Shown in pieces: positions 19,865 to 29,663 of a DNA stretch of 64,000 bases; position 1 is the first letter of the stretch; every line of letters starts with the position of its first letter. The stretch spans positions 141,346 through 205,345 of the forward strand of contig CAWCPZ010000003.1 of assembly GCA_963797635.1 (NCBI GenBank), given 5' to 3'. Source of the DNA: an uncultured Actinomycetes bacterium. Its GTDB lineage: Bacteria; Actinomycetota; UBA4738; HRBIN12. A program made the translations under genes and the position numbers. The notes under the pieces were generated by a model. The model was not told the origin of the DNA and did not search any database. It worked only from the letters and a program-made list of their open reading frames with translations.

Positions 19865-20836
19865 ATGACACGCAAGGACCGGCTCCACCGAAGCGAACTC
19901 GCCGTTCCCGGCACGAACGTGCGCGCCATGGAGAAGGCCGCCACGCTCGATGCCGACGTCGTGTTCCTCGACCTCGAGGACGCCGTGGCGCCCGACGACA
20001 AGGAAGCGGCGCGCGGCAACATCATCGAGGCGCTCGGCGTCAACGACTGGTCGCGAACGGCCGTCAGCGTGCGCATCAACGGGCTCGACACCCACTGGTG
20101 CTACCGCGACGTCGTCGACGTCGTGGAGGCGCGCGGCCAGGTGCTCGACACCGTGCTGGTGCCCAAGGTGGGCTCGCCCTCCGACGTCGAGTTCGTGGCG
20201 ACGCTGCTGGACCAGATCGAGCAACGCAACGGCTGGGAGCCCGGCCGCATCGGCATCCACATCCTGATCGAGACCGCCGCGGGGATGGCCAACGTCGAGG
20301 CGATCAGCCGGGCTCGGCCCGACCGGCTCGAGGCCATGGTGTTCGGCGTCGCCGACTACGCGGCTTCGGTCCGTGCGCGCACGACGAACATCGGCGGGGC
20401 CAACCCCGGCTACTCCGTGCTCACCGATCCGTTGCCGCAGACGGGCGCGCGCGAGATCCACTGGGGCGACCAGTGGCACTTCGGGATCAGCCGCATGGTG
20501 GCGGCGTGCCGCGCCGAAGGCCTGCGCCCGATCGACGGTCCGTTCGGCGACTTCAACGACCCGGACGGGTACCGCAGCGCGGCGAGGCGCGCCGCGGCGC
20601 TGGGCTGCGAGGGCAAATGGGCGATCCACCCGTCGCAGGTCGAGTTGGCGAACGAGGTCTTCTCCCCTGGCGAGGACGAGGTCGACCGCGCGCGCCGGAT
20701 CCTCCAGGCCATGGAGGACGCAGCGAAGGAGGGCAAGGGCGCCGTCTCGCTCGACGGACGGCTGATCGACGCCGCCTCGATCCGGATGGCGGAGAACCTG
20801 ATCCGCCAGGTGGAGCAGATCACCAGCAGGTCGTGA
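19865..20836 (+). CDS. mcl: L-malyl-CoA lyase (HpcH/CitE family)
   Basis: RLHRSELAVPG, FGVADYAAS.RAR...IGG.N..YSVLTD, GLRPIDGPFGDF.DPDGY, EGKWAIHPSQ, GAVSLDGRLID.ASIRMAE. From memory, these stretches closely follow methylotroph MclA. Confidence 0.88.
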   Translation: MTRKDRLHRSELAVPGTNVRAMEKAATLDADVVFLDLEDAVAPDDKEAARGNIIEALGVNDWSRTAVSVRINGLDTHWCYRDVVDVVEARGQVLDTVLVPKVGSPSDVEFVATLLDQIEQRNGWEPGRIGIHILIETAAGMANVEAISRARPDRLEAMVFGVADYAASVRARTTNIGGANPGYSVLTDPLPQTGAREIHWGDQWHFGISRMVAACRAEGLRPIDGPFGDFNDPDGYRSAARRAAALGCEGKWAIHPSQVELANEVFSPGEDEVDRARRILQAMEDAAKEGKGAVSLDGRLIDAASIRMAENLIRQVEQITSRS

Positions 20837-20904
20837 ACGACCGGCACGACCGCATCCGGTCGCGCCTGAAGGAAGCCCGCAGCCGGGCGCCGAAGGAGCA
20901 GCAG

Positions 20905-22080
20905 ATGGATATCCACGAGTACCAGGCCAAGCAGCTGCTTCGCAGCTACCGGGTGACCACGCCTCGAGGCGAGGTGGTCTACACGTCGAAGGCGGCCGCT
21001 CGCGTCGCCGAGGAGCTCGGCGGCCAGCGATGGGTGGTGAAGGCCCAGATCCATGCGGGTGGGCGCGGCAAGGCCGGTGGCGTGAAGCTGGGCAACTCCC
21101 CCGACAAGATCGCCGAGATCGCCGATCAGATGCTGGGCTCCACGTTGGTCACCGCACAGACCGGTCCCGAGGGCCAGCGGGTCAGCCGCGTGCTGGTCGA
21201 ACGTGCCTCGCGGATCGAGCGGGAGTTCTACCTCTCGCTGGTGGTGGACCGTGATTCGCAGCGGATCGTGGTGATCGCCAGCGCTGAGGGCGGCGTCGAC
21301 ATCGAGGAGGTCGCCGCGTCCGACCCCGGCGCGATCCACACCGAGTACGTGGACCCCGGGGTCGGATTGCTGGACTTCCAGTGCCGCAAGGTGGCGACCG
21401 CGATCGGGCTGGGCAACCGCACCGCCTCGTTCACGCGGCTGCTCAAGCGCATGTACCGGCTCTTCCGCGACCTGGACTGCCTGATGCTCGAGGTGAACCC
21501 CTTCATCGAGACCGAGGACGGCGACCTGGTCGCCCTGGACGCGAAGATGAGCTTCGACGACAACGCGTTGTTCCGCCAGGGCGACGTGGTGGAGCTGCGC
21601 GACTTCGAGGAGGAAGACCCCAAGGAGGTCGAGGCCACCGGCCACGGGCTCAACTACATCGCGCTCGACGGCTCGGTGGGCTGCATCGTGAACGGCGCCG
21701 GCCTGGCGATGGGGACGATGGACGCGATCGTGCACCACGGCGGGCGCCCGGCGAACTTCCTCGACGTAGGGGGCGGTGCCAGTCCCGAGAAGATCGCGAA
21801 CGCCTTCCGGATCGTGCTGCAGGACCCGAACGTGCAGGCGATCCTGGTGAACATCTTCGCGGGCATCAACCGGTGCGATTGGATCGCGCAGGGCGTGGTG
21901 CAGGCGACGCGCGATCAGGCGATCGGCGTCCCGGTGATCGTCCGGTTGGCCGGCACCAACGTGGAGGAAGGCCGGAAGATCCTGGACGAGAGTGGCCTGG
22001 CCCTGATCCAGGCCGACGACCTCGACGACGCCGCGGCCAAGGCCGTGCACGCGGTGAGCGAGCAAGGGGTGCCGGCATGA
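20905..22080 (+). CDS. mtkA: Malate-CoA ligase (malate thiokinase) beta subunit
   Basis: MDIHEYQAK, KAQIHAGGRGKAGG, and the Mtk-type NIFAGINRCDWIA (SucC has NIFGGI.RCD). Adjacent to mcl. Confidence 0.85.
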   Translation: MDIHEYQAKQLLRSYRVTTPRGEVVYTSKAAARVAEELGGQRWVVKAQIHAGGRGKAGGVKLGNSPDKIAEIADQMLGSTLVTAQTGPEGQRVSRVLVERASRIEREFYLSLVVDRDSQRIVVIASAEGGVDIEEVAASDPGAIHTEYVDPGVGLLDFQCRKVATAIGLGNRTASFTRLLKRMYRLFRDLDCLMLEVNPFIETEDGDLVALDAKMSFDDNALFRQGDVVELRDFEEEDPKEVEATGHGLNYIALDGSVGCIVNGAGLAMGTMDAIVHHGGRPANFLDVGGGASPEKIANAFRIVLQDPNVQAILVNIFAGINRCDWIAQGVVQATRDQAIGVPVIVRLAGTNVEEGRKILDESGLALIQADDLDDAAAKAVHAVSEQGVPA

Positions 22081-22976
22081 GCGTGTTCGTGGACAAGGAC
22101 TCGAAGGTCATCATCCAGGGCTTCACCGGACAGCACGCCACGTTCCACGCCGAAGAGGCGATGTCGTTCGGGACGAAGGTCGTGGGAGGCGTCACCCCCG
22201 GCAAGGGGGGGACCACCCACCTGGGGTTGCCGGTGTTCAACAGCGTGGCCGAGGCGGTCGAGGAGACCGGCGCCGATGTGTCGGGCATCTTCGTGCCGCC
22301 GGCGCTCGCGACGGACTCCCTGCTGGAAGCGGCCGAGGCCGGCGTGGGGGTGGCGGTGATCATCGCCGACGGGGTCCCCGTCCAGGACATGGTCCGCACC
22401 AAGCGCTACCTCGCGGGGCGTTCGACGCGCATCATCGGACCCAACTCCCCCGGCATCATCACGCCTGGCGCGTGCAAGGTGGGCATCATGCCGAGCCACA
22501 TCTACCTGCCGGGGCGCGTGGGCGTGGTGTCGCGAAGCGGCACGCTCAACTACGAGGCCGTCTCGCAGATGACCGCCCGCGGCCTGGGGCAATCGACCTG
22601 CGTGGGCATCGGCGGCGACCCCGTGAACGGCACCGACTTCAAGACCGTCCTGCAGGCCTTCGAGAACGACGACGAGACCGACGTGGTCGTGATGATCGGC
22701 GAGATCGGCGGGCAGCAGGAGGTCGAGGCGGCCGCGTGGGCGGCGCAGTACATGTCGAAGCCGCTCGTGGCCTTCATCGCCGGAGTCTCGGCGCCGCGCG
22801 GCCGGCGCATGGGACACGCGGGCGCGGTGATCGCGGGCGAGTCCGACACCGCGAACGCGAAGCTGGACGCGATCGAGGGCCACGGCCACCGGGTGGTGCG
22901 CAACCCGGCCGACATCGGCGAGACCGTGTTCCGCGCCGTCAAGGAGGCCGGCGACCGGGTGGGCGCCGCGTCGTAG
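22077..22976 (+). CDS. mtkB: Malate-CoA ligase alpha subunit (SucD family)
   Basis: QGFTG, GGVTPGKGG, SRSGTLNYEA, GIGGDP, RMGHAGA phospho-His. ATGA overlap with mtkA. Confidence 0.85.
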   Translation: MSVFVDKDSKVIIQGFTGQHATFHAEEAMSFGTKVVGGVTPGKGGTTHLGLPVFNSVAEAVEETGADVSGIFVPPALATDSLLEAAEAGVGVAVIIADGVPVQDMVRTKRYLAGRSTRIIGPNSPGIITPGACKVGIMPSHIYLPGRVGVVSRSGTLNYEAVSQMTARGLGQSTCVGIGGDPVNGTDFKTVLQAFENDDETDVVVMIGEIGGQQEVEAAAWAAQYMSKPLVAFIAGVSAPRGRRMGHAGAVIAGESDTANAKLDAIEGHGHRVVRNPADIGETVFRAVKEAGDRVGAAS

Positions 22977-23095
22977 CGGCTCAGGCTCGAGCAGCGCCCG
23001 CTCCACCATCACGCGATCCGATGCTCGCGGAGCGCGCAACGGCGGGCGCATCCGAAGCATCGAACGGTCGACGCTCACGGAAAGGGGCGAAGACC

Positions 23096-23922
23096 ATGGC
23101 CGCACGACTCACCGTCGATCCCACCGTTGGCCCGCCCGACGCTGCGCGACCGGTTCGAACGCGACGGGTTCGTCCGGATCACGGGCGCGCTCACGGACGC
23201 CGAGGTGACACGGTACCGGCGTGCCGTGGATCGGGTGGCGGCCGAACACGGCTCCGAGGGCACGATGCTGCATCGGTTGGCGTTCCTCGGCGACGATCCG
23301 TCATTCGTCAAGCTGCTTGACCATCGTGCCACGTTGCCGTTGGTGCGGCAGGTGCTGGGCGACAACATCCACTGCTACCACTGCCACCTGGACGTCCACC
23401 CTGGTGCCGAGACGCCCCGGGATGTGTGGCTGTGGCATCAGGACGGCGGCGTGGTGAACCGGGACCTGGAGACCTCACCCCGGCCGCGGCTGTCGGTCAA
23501 GGTGGCGTTCTTCCTGTCCGACGTGTCGATCCCGGGCCGCGGAAACCTGGTGGTACTCCCCGGCTCACAACGGACCGACCGGATGGAGCCACCCGCCGAC
23601 AGATCGAACGACCTGCCGGGCGCTCAGCCGATCCTGGCGGCGGCGGGCGACGCCGTGATGTTCGATCGCCGCCTCTGGCACATGCGCAGCCCCAACACGA
23701 GCGACGTCACCCGGAGGGTGCTGTTCCTGGCGTACACCTACCGGTGGATCCGGCCGCGCGACGACATGCCGATACCCACGGACGGTGGTGGCGGCGGCAA
23801 CGACCGTCCAGCGGCAGCTCCTGGGGATCCCCGACGCCGCCGTCGACCACTGGTCCCTGGGCGAGCCGCCCGCGCTCGCCGATCGGCCTCACGCCACTCC
23901 TTCGTCGGGACCGGCGCGGTAG
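23096..23922 (+). CDS. Phytanoyl-CoA dioxygenase (PhyH) family Fe(II)/2-oxoglutarate oxygenase, frameshifts near both ends
   Basis: FERDGFV, WHQD (HxD), LPGS, AGDAVMFDRRLWH..SPN.S...RR. Confidence 0.85.
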
Positions 23923-25007
23923 CGGATGCCGCTCGGCCGGTGCCACGTGACGTCGCCGTCGTCGGTGCGCGCGATCGACCATCCGTGCTCGTGCACCAGC
24001 TTGTGATGGAACGAGCAGACGAGGATGAGGTTGTCGAGATCGGTGGTGCCGCCGCGCGACCACCATTCGATGTGATGGGCCTGCGTGAACCGCCGGGCGT
24101 CGCACCCGGGGAACCGGCAGGCGTCGTCGCGATGCCGGAGCTGGCGCATCATCCAGGCCGACGGTTCGCGGGCGAGTCGACCGACCCCCGCCACCGTGCC
24201 GTCGGGTCGTTCGAGCACCATCTGGACGCGCGCGTTGCACAGCAGCCGCTGCGCCGTGGAGCCGCCGATCACCGGCCCGTCCTCGATCAAGGCGTTGGCG
24301 TCGACACCCTCGAGCACGTCGATGTCGGCATGGACCACGATCGTGGCTCGGTCCTGATCCTCGTCACCGGCGAGGCGGGCGGAGCACAGCGCGACGAGCG
24401 CGTCGGCCCGGCGGCTGCCCACGAACCGGTCGGACTCCTCCCCGGGCATGACGGGGATCTGGTCGCCGAGCCGATCGAGCGCCTTCGCCACCACGGCCCC
24501 CTGCGCCGACGGGAGTTCGCCGTCGATCACGAACCGCTGGCCCTCGTCGGCGACCTTCCACTGCAACCAGCGTGTGCGTTCGGCTTCGGCGGCCTGCTCG
24601 TCGCGATGCGCCACCTGCAGGTCGCCCGCTCGCCTGATCGCGCCCGAGGAGACCCCTTGGGCCCAACGCACGAGCGCGTCTTCATCGTCGAAGGAGGCGA
24701 ACCGGGTGAGCTCGACGACCTTGTCGATGCCGAGATCGCCACGCGCGAGCGCGTGAGCGGTGGCGGGCAACGTGGGGAGCGCCCGGCCGGCGCCGAGCAG
24801 CCGGTCGGCCTTCCAGCGGGAGACGTCCAGCGCCATCGACGTCCACTGAGCCATGTCGTGGGCGCCGTCTTCGACCCAGGCCTGCCGGGTCTCGAGCTGG
24901 GCGAGGACCTCCAGCAGTTCGCGCTGACGTTCGGCGATCTCGCGGTGCAGGGTCTGGACGCGGCCGATGAGGTCCTGCGTGTCGGTGAGCAGTGGATCCA
25001 CGTGCAT
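23889..25007 (-). CDS. DUF222 + HNH endonuclease (REP13E12-like protein)
   Basis: RRADALV, RLLC, RDDACRFPGC..AHHIEWW..GGTTDLDNLILVCSFHH..VH. Confidence 0.92.
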   Translation of the reverse strand: MHVDPLLTDTQDLIGRVQTLHREIAERQRELLEVLAQLETRQAWVEDGAHDMAQWTSMALDVSRWKADRLLGAGRALPTLPATAHALARGDLGIDKVVELTRFASFDDEDALVRWAQGVSSGAIRRAGDLQVAHRDEQAAEAERTRWLQWKVADEGQRFVIDGELPSAQGAVVAKALDRLGDQIPVMPGEESDRFVGSRRADALVALCSARLAGDEDQDRATIVVHADIDVLEGVDANALIEDGPVIGGSTAQRLLCNARVQMVLERPDGTVAGVGRLAREPSAWMMRQLRHRDDACRFPGCDARRFTQAHHIEWWSRGGTTDLDNLILVCSFHHKLVHEHGWSIARTDDGDVTWHRPSGIRYRAGPDEGVA

Positions 25008-25043
25008 CCGTTCCGGGGGAGGACGGGTGGTGGACGACGCTGC

Positions 25044-25073
25044 ATGCTACTCGAACATACGTTCGGATGTCAA
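25044..25073 (-). promoter_or_regulatory. Promoter TTGACA-N18-TAGCAT with a LexA SOS box CGAAC-ATAC-GTTCG (25052-25065) in the spacer
   Basis: Matches the actinobacterial/firmicute SOS box CGAAC-N4-GTTCG. Confidence 0.85.
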
Positions 25074-25108
25074 GCCCCACGGCGCCGGACAGGTAACGTG
25101 GCTCTCCC

Positions 25109-26234
25109 ATGGCGACACCGGCGACCTCGATCGAGGTGCAGGGGCGGGAGATCCGCGTCACGAACCCCGACAAGGTGTACTTCCCCGACGCCGAGGGCGG
25201 CCCGATCACGAAGCTCGAGGTGGTGGAGTACTGGGCCGCGGTGGCCGAAGCCGCGCTTCACGGCTGCCGTGACCGCCCGGAGATCCTGCACCGCTTCCCC
25301 GCGGGGGTGGCCGACGACGGCGAGGGCTCCTTCTATCAGAAGCGCATCCCCAAGGGGTCGCCCGAGTGGGTGCAGACCGCCACCGTGATGTTCCCGAGCG
25401 GACGCACCGCCGCGATGCCGGTGATGGCCGACGAAGCGGCGCTGGTCTGGGCCGCGACGCTGGGCTGCCTGGAATGCAATCCCTGGCCGGTACGTGCCGA
25501 CGACGTCGCTCACCCCGATGAGTTACGGGTGGACCTCGACCCCACGCCCGGTGTGCCGTGGGACGACGTGCGGAGGGTGGCGCTGATGTCGCGCGACGTC
25601 CTGGCCGAACACGGACTCACCGGGTTCCCGAAGACCAGCGGCAAACGGGGCCTGCACATCAACGCCCGGGTGGAGCGAGGGAACGGCTTCACGGCGACGC
25701 GGCGCGCGGCGCTGGCCTTCGCGCGCGAGGTGGAGCGGCGCATGCCGGGCATCGCCACCACCGCGTGGTGGAAGGAAGAACGTCAGGGCGTGTTCCTCGA
25801 CTACAACCAGAACGCGCGCGACCGCACCGTGGCGAGTGCGTATTCGGTCCGGCCCATGCCCGACGCTCGCGTGTCGACACCGCTGGCTTGGGACGAGGTG
25901 GCCGACGTCGATCCCTCGCGCTTCACGGTGCGGACCGTGCCCGGCCGGTTGCGCGAGATCGGCGATCCGGGTGCCGGGATCGATCGAGCACGTGGGCAGC
26001 CTCGACGCATTGCTGGCGCTCGCAGAGCAGGACGCCGCCGGCGGCCTGGGCGATGCGCCGTGGCCACCGCATTTCCCGAAGGGCGACGACGAACCGGTGC
26101 GGGTGAACCCCTCCCGCGCGAAGAAGATCGCCGAATGGGAGGAGATGAAGCGCCAAGGTCTGGGCGGCGATCGAGGCCAGGGAAGCCAGGGCCGTGGCCA
26201 GGGCCGTCGCCGGAAAGAGCCGGGTTCGGCCTAG
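25109..26234 (+). CDS. Stand-alone LigD-type polymerase (primase-polymerase, Prim-PolC-like), frameshift ~25990
   Basis: TNPDKVYFP, FYQKR, PDELRVDLDP, PKTSGKRGLH, FLDYNQNARDRTVASAYSVR, WPPHFPK. Confidence 0.92.
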
Positions 26235-27313
26235 CCGTCCGTCGGTTCGGGCCACGCGGGCGGTTCGGCCCCCGGGATCTGGTCGAAGGTGCAGCTCGCG
26301 GGCTCGCGGTCGTCGCGCCAGCGGACGAAGCTCGCGGCGTGGCGGAACCGCCCGTACTGCACCCGGTCGATCGTGACCTCGCAGACCAGCACCGGTTGCA
26401 GGGTGATCCACGCGGTGTCCTTGCCGGCGCTCCACCGGCTCTGCCCGCCCGGCGCGCGACCACCCTCGAAGCTGTCGCCGCCTTCGAGCGGTCGCAACTG
26501 TTCGAGGATGTCCCGTCGCTCCTTCGCCTTGAACGAGGACGTGTGCCCGACGTAGTGCAGCGTGCCGTCGCCGTCGTACAGGCCGAGCAACAGCGCGCCG
26601 ATCCCGTCGCCGGTCTTCGACAGGCGGTAGCCGCCCACGACGCAGTCGAGCGTGGAGCGATGCTTCACCTTGATCCAACCGCGCTCGCCCGACAGGTACG
26701 GCTGCTCGGCACGTTTGGCGATGATGCCGTCCTGGCCGATGCCCGCGTCGTCGGCGAACCAGCCGCGCGCCACCTCCGGATCGTCGGTCCAGGGAGCGGC
26801 CAACACCGTGGGCCCGGTGGGCACGTCGTCCAGGGAACCGGGCGCGGCCTCCCATCCCATCGCCGAGGCCAGCGTCGCGAGTCGCTCGCGCCGTTCGGCG
26901 AGCGGGACCTCGGCGAGCCCTTCGTCCCCGAGCCACAGCAGGTCGAACACGATCAAGGTGGCGGGGATCTCGCCGGCGAGCTTGCGCACCCGCGACTCGG
27001 CAGGGTGCAGCCGCAGCTGCAGTTCGTCGAAGTCCATCCGGCCCGGCGCCACCCGCACGATCTCGGCGTCGGCCACGAACGGTCCGTGGCTCGCATCGCG
27101 TTCCAGCAGCTCGAGCAACTCCGGGAAGTACCGTCCCAGGGGTCTGCCGTCGCGGCTCGCGAGGCGCGCGGTGCCGTCGGTGTCGATCGCGACGATCGTC
27201 CGGAACCCGTCCCACTTGGGCTCGTAGGTCCAGCCATCACCGATGGGCATGTCCGGTTGGACCTTGGCGAGCATCGGCGCCGGAAGATCGCCGGCGATCG
27301 TGCGCTTCGGCAT
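26231..27313 (-). CDS. ligC: ATP-dependent DNA ligase LigC
   Basis: PMLAK, YEPKWDGFR, RLHPAESRV, WIKVKH, LLLGLYD, PGGQSRWS, RFRH. Confidence 0.92.
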   Translation of the reverse strand: MPKRTIAGDLPAPMLAKVQPDMPIGDGWTYEPKWDGFRTIVAIDTDGTARLASRDGRPLGRYFPELLELLERDASHGPFVADAEIVRVAPGRMDFDELQLRLHPAESRVRKLAGEIPATLIVFDLLWLGDEGLAEVPLAERRERLATLASAMGWEAAPGSLDDVPTGPTVLAAPWTDDPEVARGWFADDAGIGQDGIIAKRAEQPYLSGERGWIKVKHRSTLDCVVGGYRLSKTGDGIGALLLGLYDGDGTLHYVGHTSSFKAKERRDILEQLRPLEGGDSFEGGRAPGGQSRWSAGKDTAWITLQPVLVCEVTIDRVQYGRFRHAASFVRWRDDREPASCTFDQIPGAEPPAWPEPTDG

Positions 27314-27534
27314 GGGCCGACCCTATCGCGCGCCGGACCACGACCTCATGCGGGCAGCCGCGCCGAGCCCAGGGTTGCCCCCACGCGCACCACGCCGGTC
27401 GTCTTCGCGCACGAGATGGCGCCCATGTCACCATCCGGTGACGATTGGCGATCATGCGGCCAGTGGGGGATGCGTGCGACGGCGGAACGTGCAACGGTGG
27501 GAGCGCTCCACCCCCGCGAACGAAGGAGCTCCCC

Positions 27535-27825
27535 GTGTCGGTACGTCATGCAGAGCAGACCGTGATCATCGACGAAGGAACCGACGACGCCTTCGCGCTC
27601 GCCCAGCGGGTCCTCGATGAGATCGGCACCGTCTCGCATGTCGACCTGGAGGGCCGCTTCCTCCAAGGCACCACGCGCTCCGGGTTCCAGCGGGTCCGGG
27701 TGGGGATCACCGCCCGGCCGACGAGCCGCGGCACCGCGCTGGTGGTGGAGGCGTCCTCGCACGGCACCCGCAGTCAGGCCCGCAAGGGCGTCAGCCGGGT
27801 GGTCGGCGCGCTCGGCGTCGTCTGA
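27535..27825 (+). CDS. Small hypothetical protein (~96 aa)
   Basis: AAGGAG RBS before the GTG at 27535; high GC at third codon positions. Confidence 0.65.
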   Translation: MSVRHAEQTVIIDEGTDDAFALAQRVLDEIGTVSHVDLEGRFLQGTTRSGFQRVRVGITARPTSRGTALVVEASSHGTRSQARKGVSRVVGALGVV

Positions 27826-27830
27826 GTCCG

Positions 27831-29663
27831 CTAGTCCTTCGCCGGCTTGGCGCGACGCCCGGCCTTCACGCGCCCCTGCTGGTCGAGCAACACCTTGCGC
27901 AGCCGCACGTGGTTCGGGGTGACCTCGACGCATTCGTCCTCGCGGATGAACTCCAGCGCCTGCTCCAATGACAGCTGCAGCTTCGGGATCAGACGGACGA
28001 GCTCTTCGGCGTTGGCCTTGCGCATGTTCGTGAGGTGCTTCTCCTTCGTGGGGTTCACGTCCATGTCGTCGGCCCGCGCGTTCTCGCCGATGATCATGCC
28101 TTCGTACACGTCCTCGCCCGGTCCCACGAACATCGCGCCGCGCTCCTGCAGGTTCAGCAGGGCGAACTGCGTGGTGACGCCCGTTCGGTCGGCGATGAGG
28201 GAGCCGCTGGGACGCGTGCGGAGTTCGCCGTGCCAGGGCTCGTAGCCCTCGAACACGTGGTGGAGCTGGCCGGTCCCGCGGGTCTCGGTCATGAACTCGG
28301 TGCGGAACCCGATCAGCCCACGGGCCGGCACCAGGTACTCCATGCGGATCCAGCCGGTGCCGTGGTTCACCATCTGTTCCATGCGCCCCTTGCGCAGCGC
28401 GAGCAGCTGGCTGATCACCCCCAGGTAGTCCTCGGGCGCGTCGATCGCGACCCGCTCCATCGGCTCCTGCAGCTGGCCGTTCACCGTGCGCGTCACGACC
28501 TGCGGCTTGCCCACCGTGAGCTCGAAGCCTTCGCGCCGCATCATCTCCACCAGGACCGCCAACTGGAGTTCGCCGCGGCCCTGCACCTCCCACATCTCGG
28601 GTCGTTCGGTCTCGAGCACGCGGATCGACACGTTGCCGACCAGTTCCTGGTCGAGGCGTCCCTTGAGGAGGCGGGCCGTCATCTTGTCGCCGTCGGTGCC
28701 CGACAGCGGCGAGGTGTTGATGCCGATCGTCATCGACAGGCTGGGCTCGTCGACGCTGGTGACCGGCAGCGGCCGAGGATCGGCGGGATCGGCCAGCGTC
28801 TCTCCGATCGTGATCTCCGCGATCCCCGCGACGGCGATGATCTCCCCGGGACCGGCCTCCTCAGCGTCGACGCGATCGAGGGCATCGGTGACGTAGAGCT
28901 CACCGATCTTGGCCTGCTCGATCGTGCCGTCGGCGCGGCACCACGCCACCGCTTGGCCGCGCGTGATCGATCCGTTGCGGACGCGGCACATGGCCAGGCG
29001 ACCGACGTAGGGCGAGGCGTCGAGGTTCGTGACGAGCGCTTGGAGCGGGTGGCCCTCCTCGTACTCGGGCGCGGGGATGTAGGTGAGCAGGGTCTCGAAC
29101 AGCGGCTTGAGGTCGGCCGCGAGCGTCTCCGGGTCCTCCCCCGCCTGGCCGGACCGGGCGTTCGCGTACAGGATCGGGAAATCGATCTGGTGCTCGTCGG
29201 CGTCCAGGTCCAGGAACAGCTCCTCCACCTCATGCACCACTTCACCCACGCGGGCGTCCGGGCGGTCGACCTTGTTCACCACCAGGATCACCGGCAGGCG
29301 CGACTCCAACGCTTTCCGGAGCACGAAGCGGGTCTGAGGCAGGGGACCTTCGCTCGCGTCGACCAACAGCAGGACCCCGTCCACCATCGTGAGCGCGCGC
29401 TCCACCTCACCGCCGAAGTCGGCGTGACCGGGCGTGTCGACGATGTTGATCTTGATGTCGCCGTAGCGCACCGCCGTGTTCTTGGCCAGGATCGTGATGC
29501 CCTTCTCGCGCTCCAGGTCCATGGAGTCCATGACGCGCTCGTTCACGTCCTGGTTCTCGCGGAAGGCGCCGGACTGCCAGAGCATGGCGTCGACGAGCGT
29601 GGTCTTTCCGTGGTCGACGTGGGCCACGATGGCCACGTTGCGGATGTCGTTGCGGGTGGGCAT
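27831..29663 (-). CDS. typA: Translational GTPase TypA/BipA
   Basis: [48 protein letters not shown]. Confidence 0.97.
   Translation of the reverse strand: MPTRNDIRNVAIVAHVDHGKTTLVDAMLWQSGAFRENQDVNERVMDSMDLEREKGITILAKNTAVRYGDIKINIVDTPGHADFGGEVERALTMVDGVLLLVDASEGPLPQTRFVLRKALESRLPVILVVNKVDRPDARVGEVVHEVEELFLDLDADEHQIDFPILYANARSGQAGEDPETLAADLKPLFETLLTYIPAPEYEEGHPLQALVTNLDASPYVGRLAMCRVRNGSITRGQAVAWCRADGTIEQAKIGELYVTDALDRVDAEEAGPGEIIAVAGIAEITIGETLADPADPRPLPVTSVDEPSLSMTIGINTSPLSGTDGDKMTARLLKGRLDQELVGNVSIRVLETERPEMWEVQGRGELQLAVLVEMMRREGFELTVGKPQVVTRTVNGQLQEPMERVAIDAPEDYLGVISQLLALRKGRMEQMVNHGTGWIRMEYLVPARGLIGFRTEFMTETRGTGQLHHVFEGYEPWHGELRTRPSGSLIADRTGVTTQFALLNLQERGAMFVGPGEDVYEGMIIGENARADDMDVNPTKEKHLTNMRKANAEELVRLIPKLQLSLEQALEFIREDECVEVTPNHVRLRKVLLDQQGRVKAGRRAKPAKD

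Noticed and set aside
19865-20836. Citrate lyase beta subunit CitE
   Set aside because: Contains the Mcl-type insertion (IGG.N..YSVLTD..HW.D.W) and there is no citD/citF nearby.
20905-22976. Ordinary TCA-cycle sucCD
   Set aside because: The beta subunit has NIFAGINRCDW rather than NIFGGI.RCD, and the genes follow malyl-CoA lyase. Malate thiokinase fits better, though this is not proven.
23889-25007. Insertion sequence or homing element
   Set aside because: No terminal inverted repeats or target duplication seen; treated as a DUF222-HNH gene.
23127-25388. 753-aa PhyH fusion ORF
   Set aside because: Read-through caused by a frameshift near 23790 into the antisense of the DUF222-HNH gene.
25109-27565. 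818-aa full-length LigD (polymerase-ligase fusion)
   Set aside because: The ligase is on the opposite strand; the extension is antisense read-through after a frameshift.
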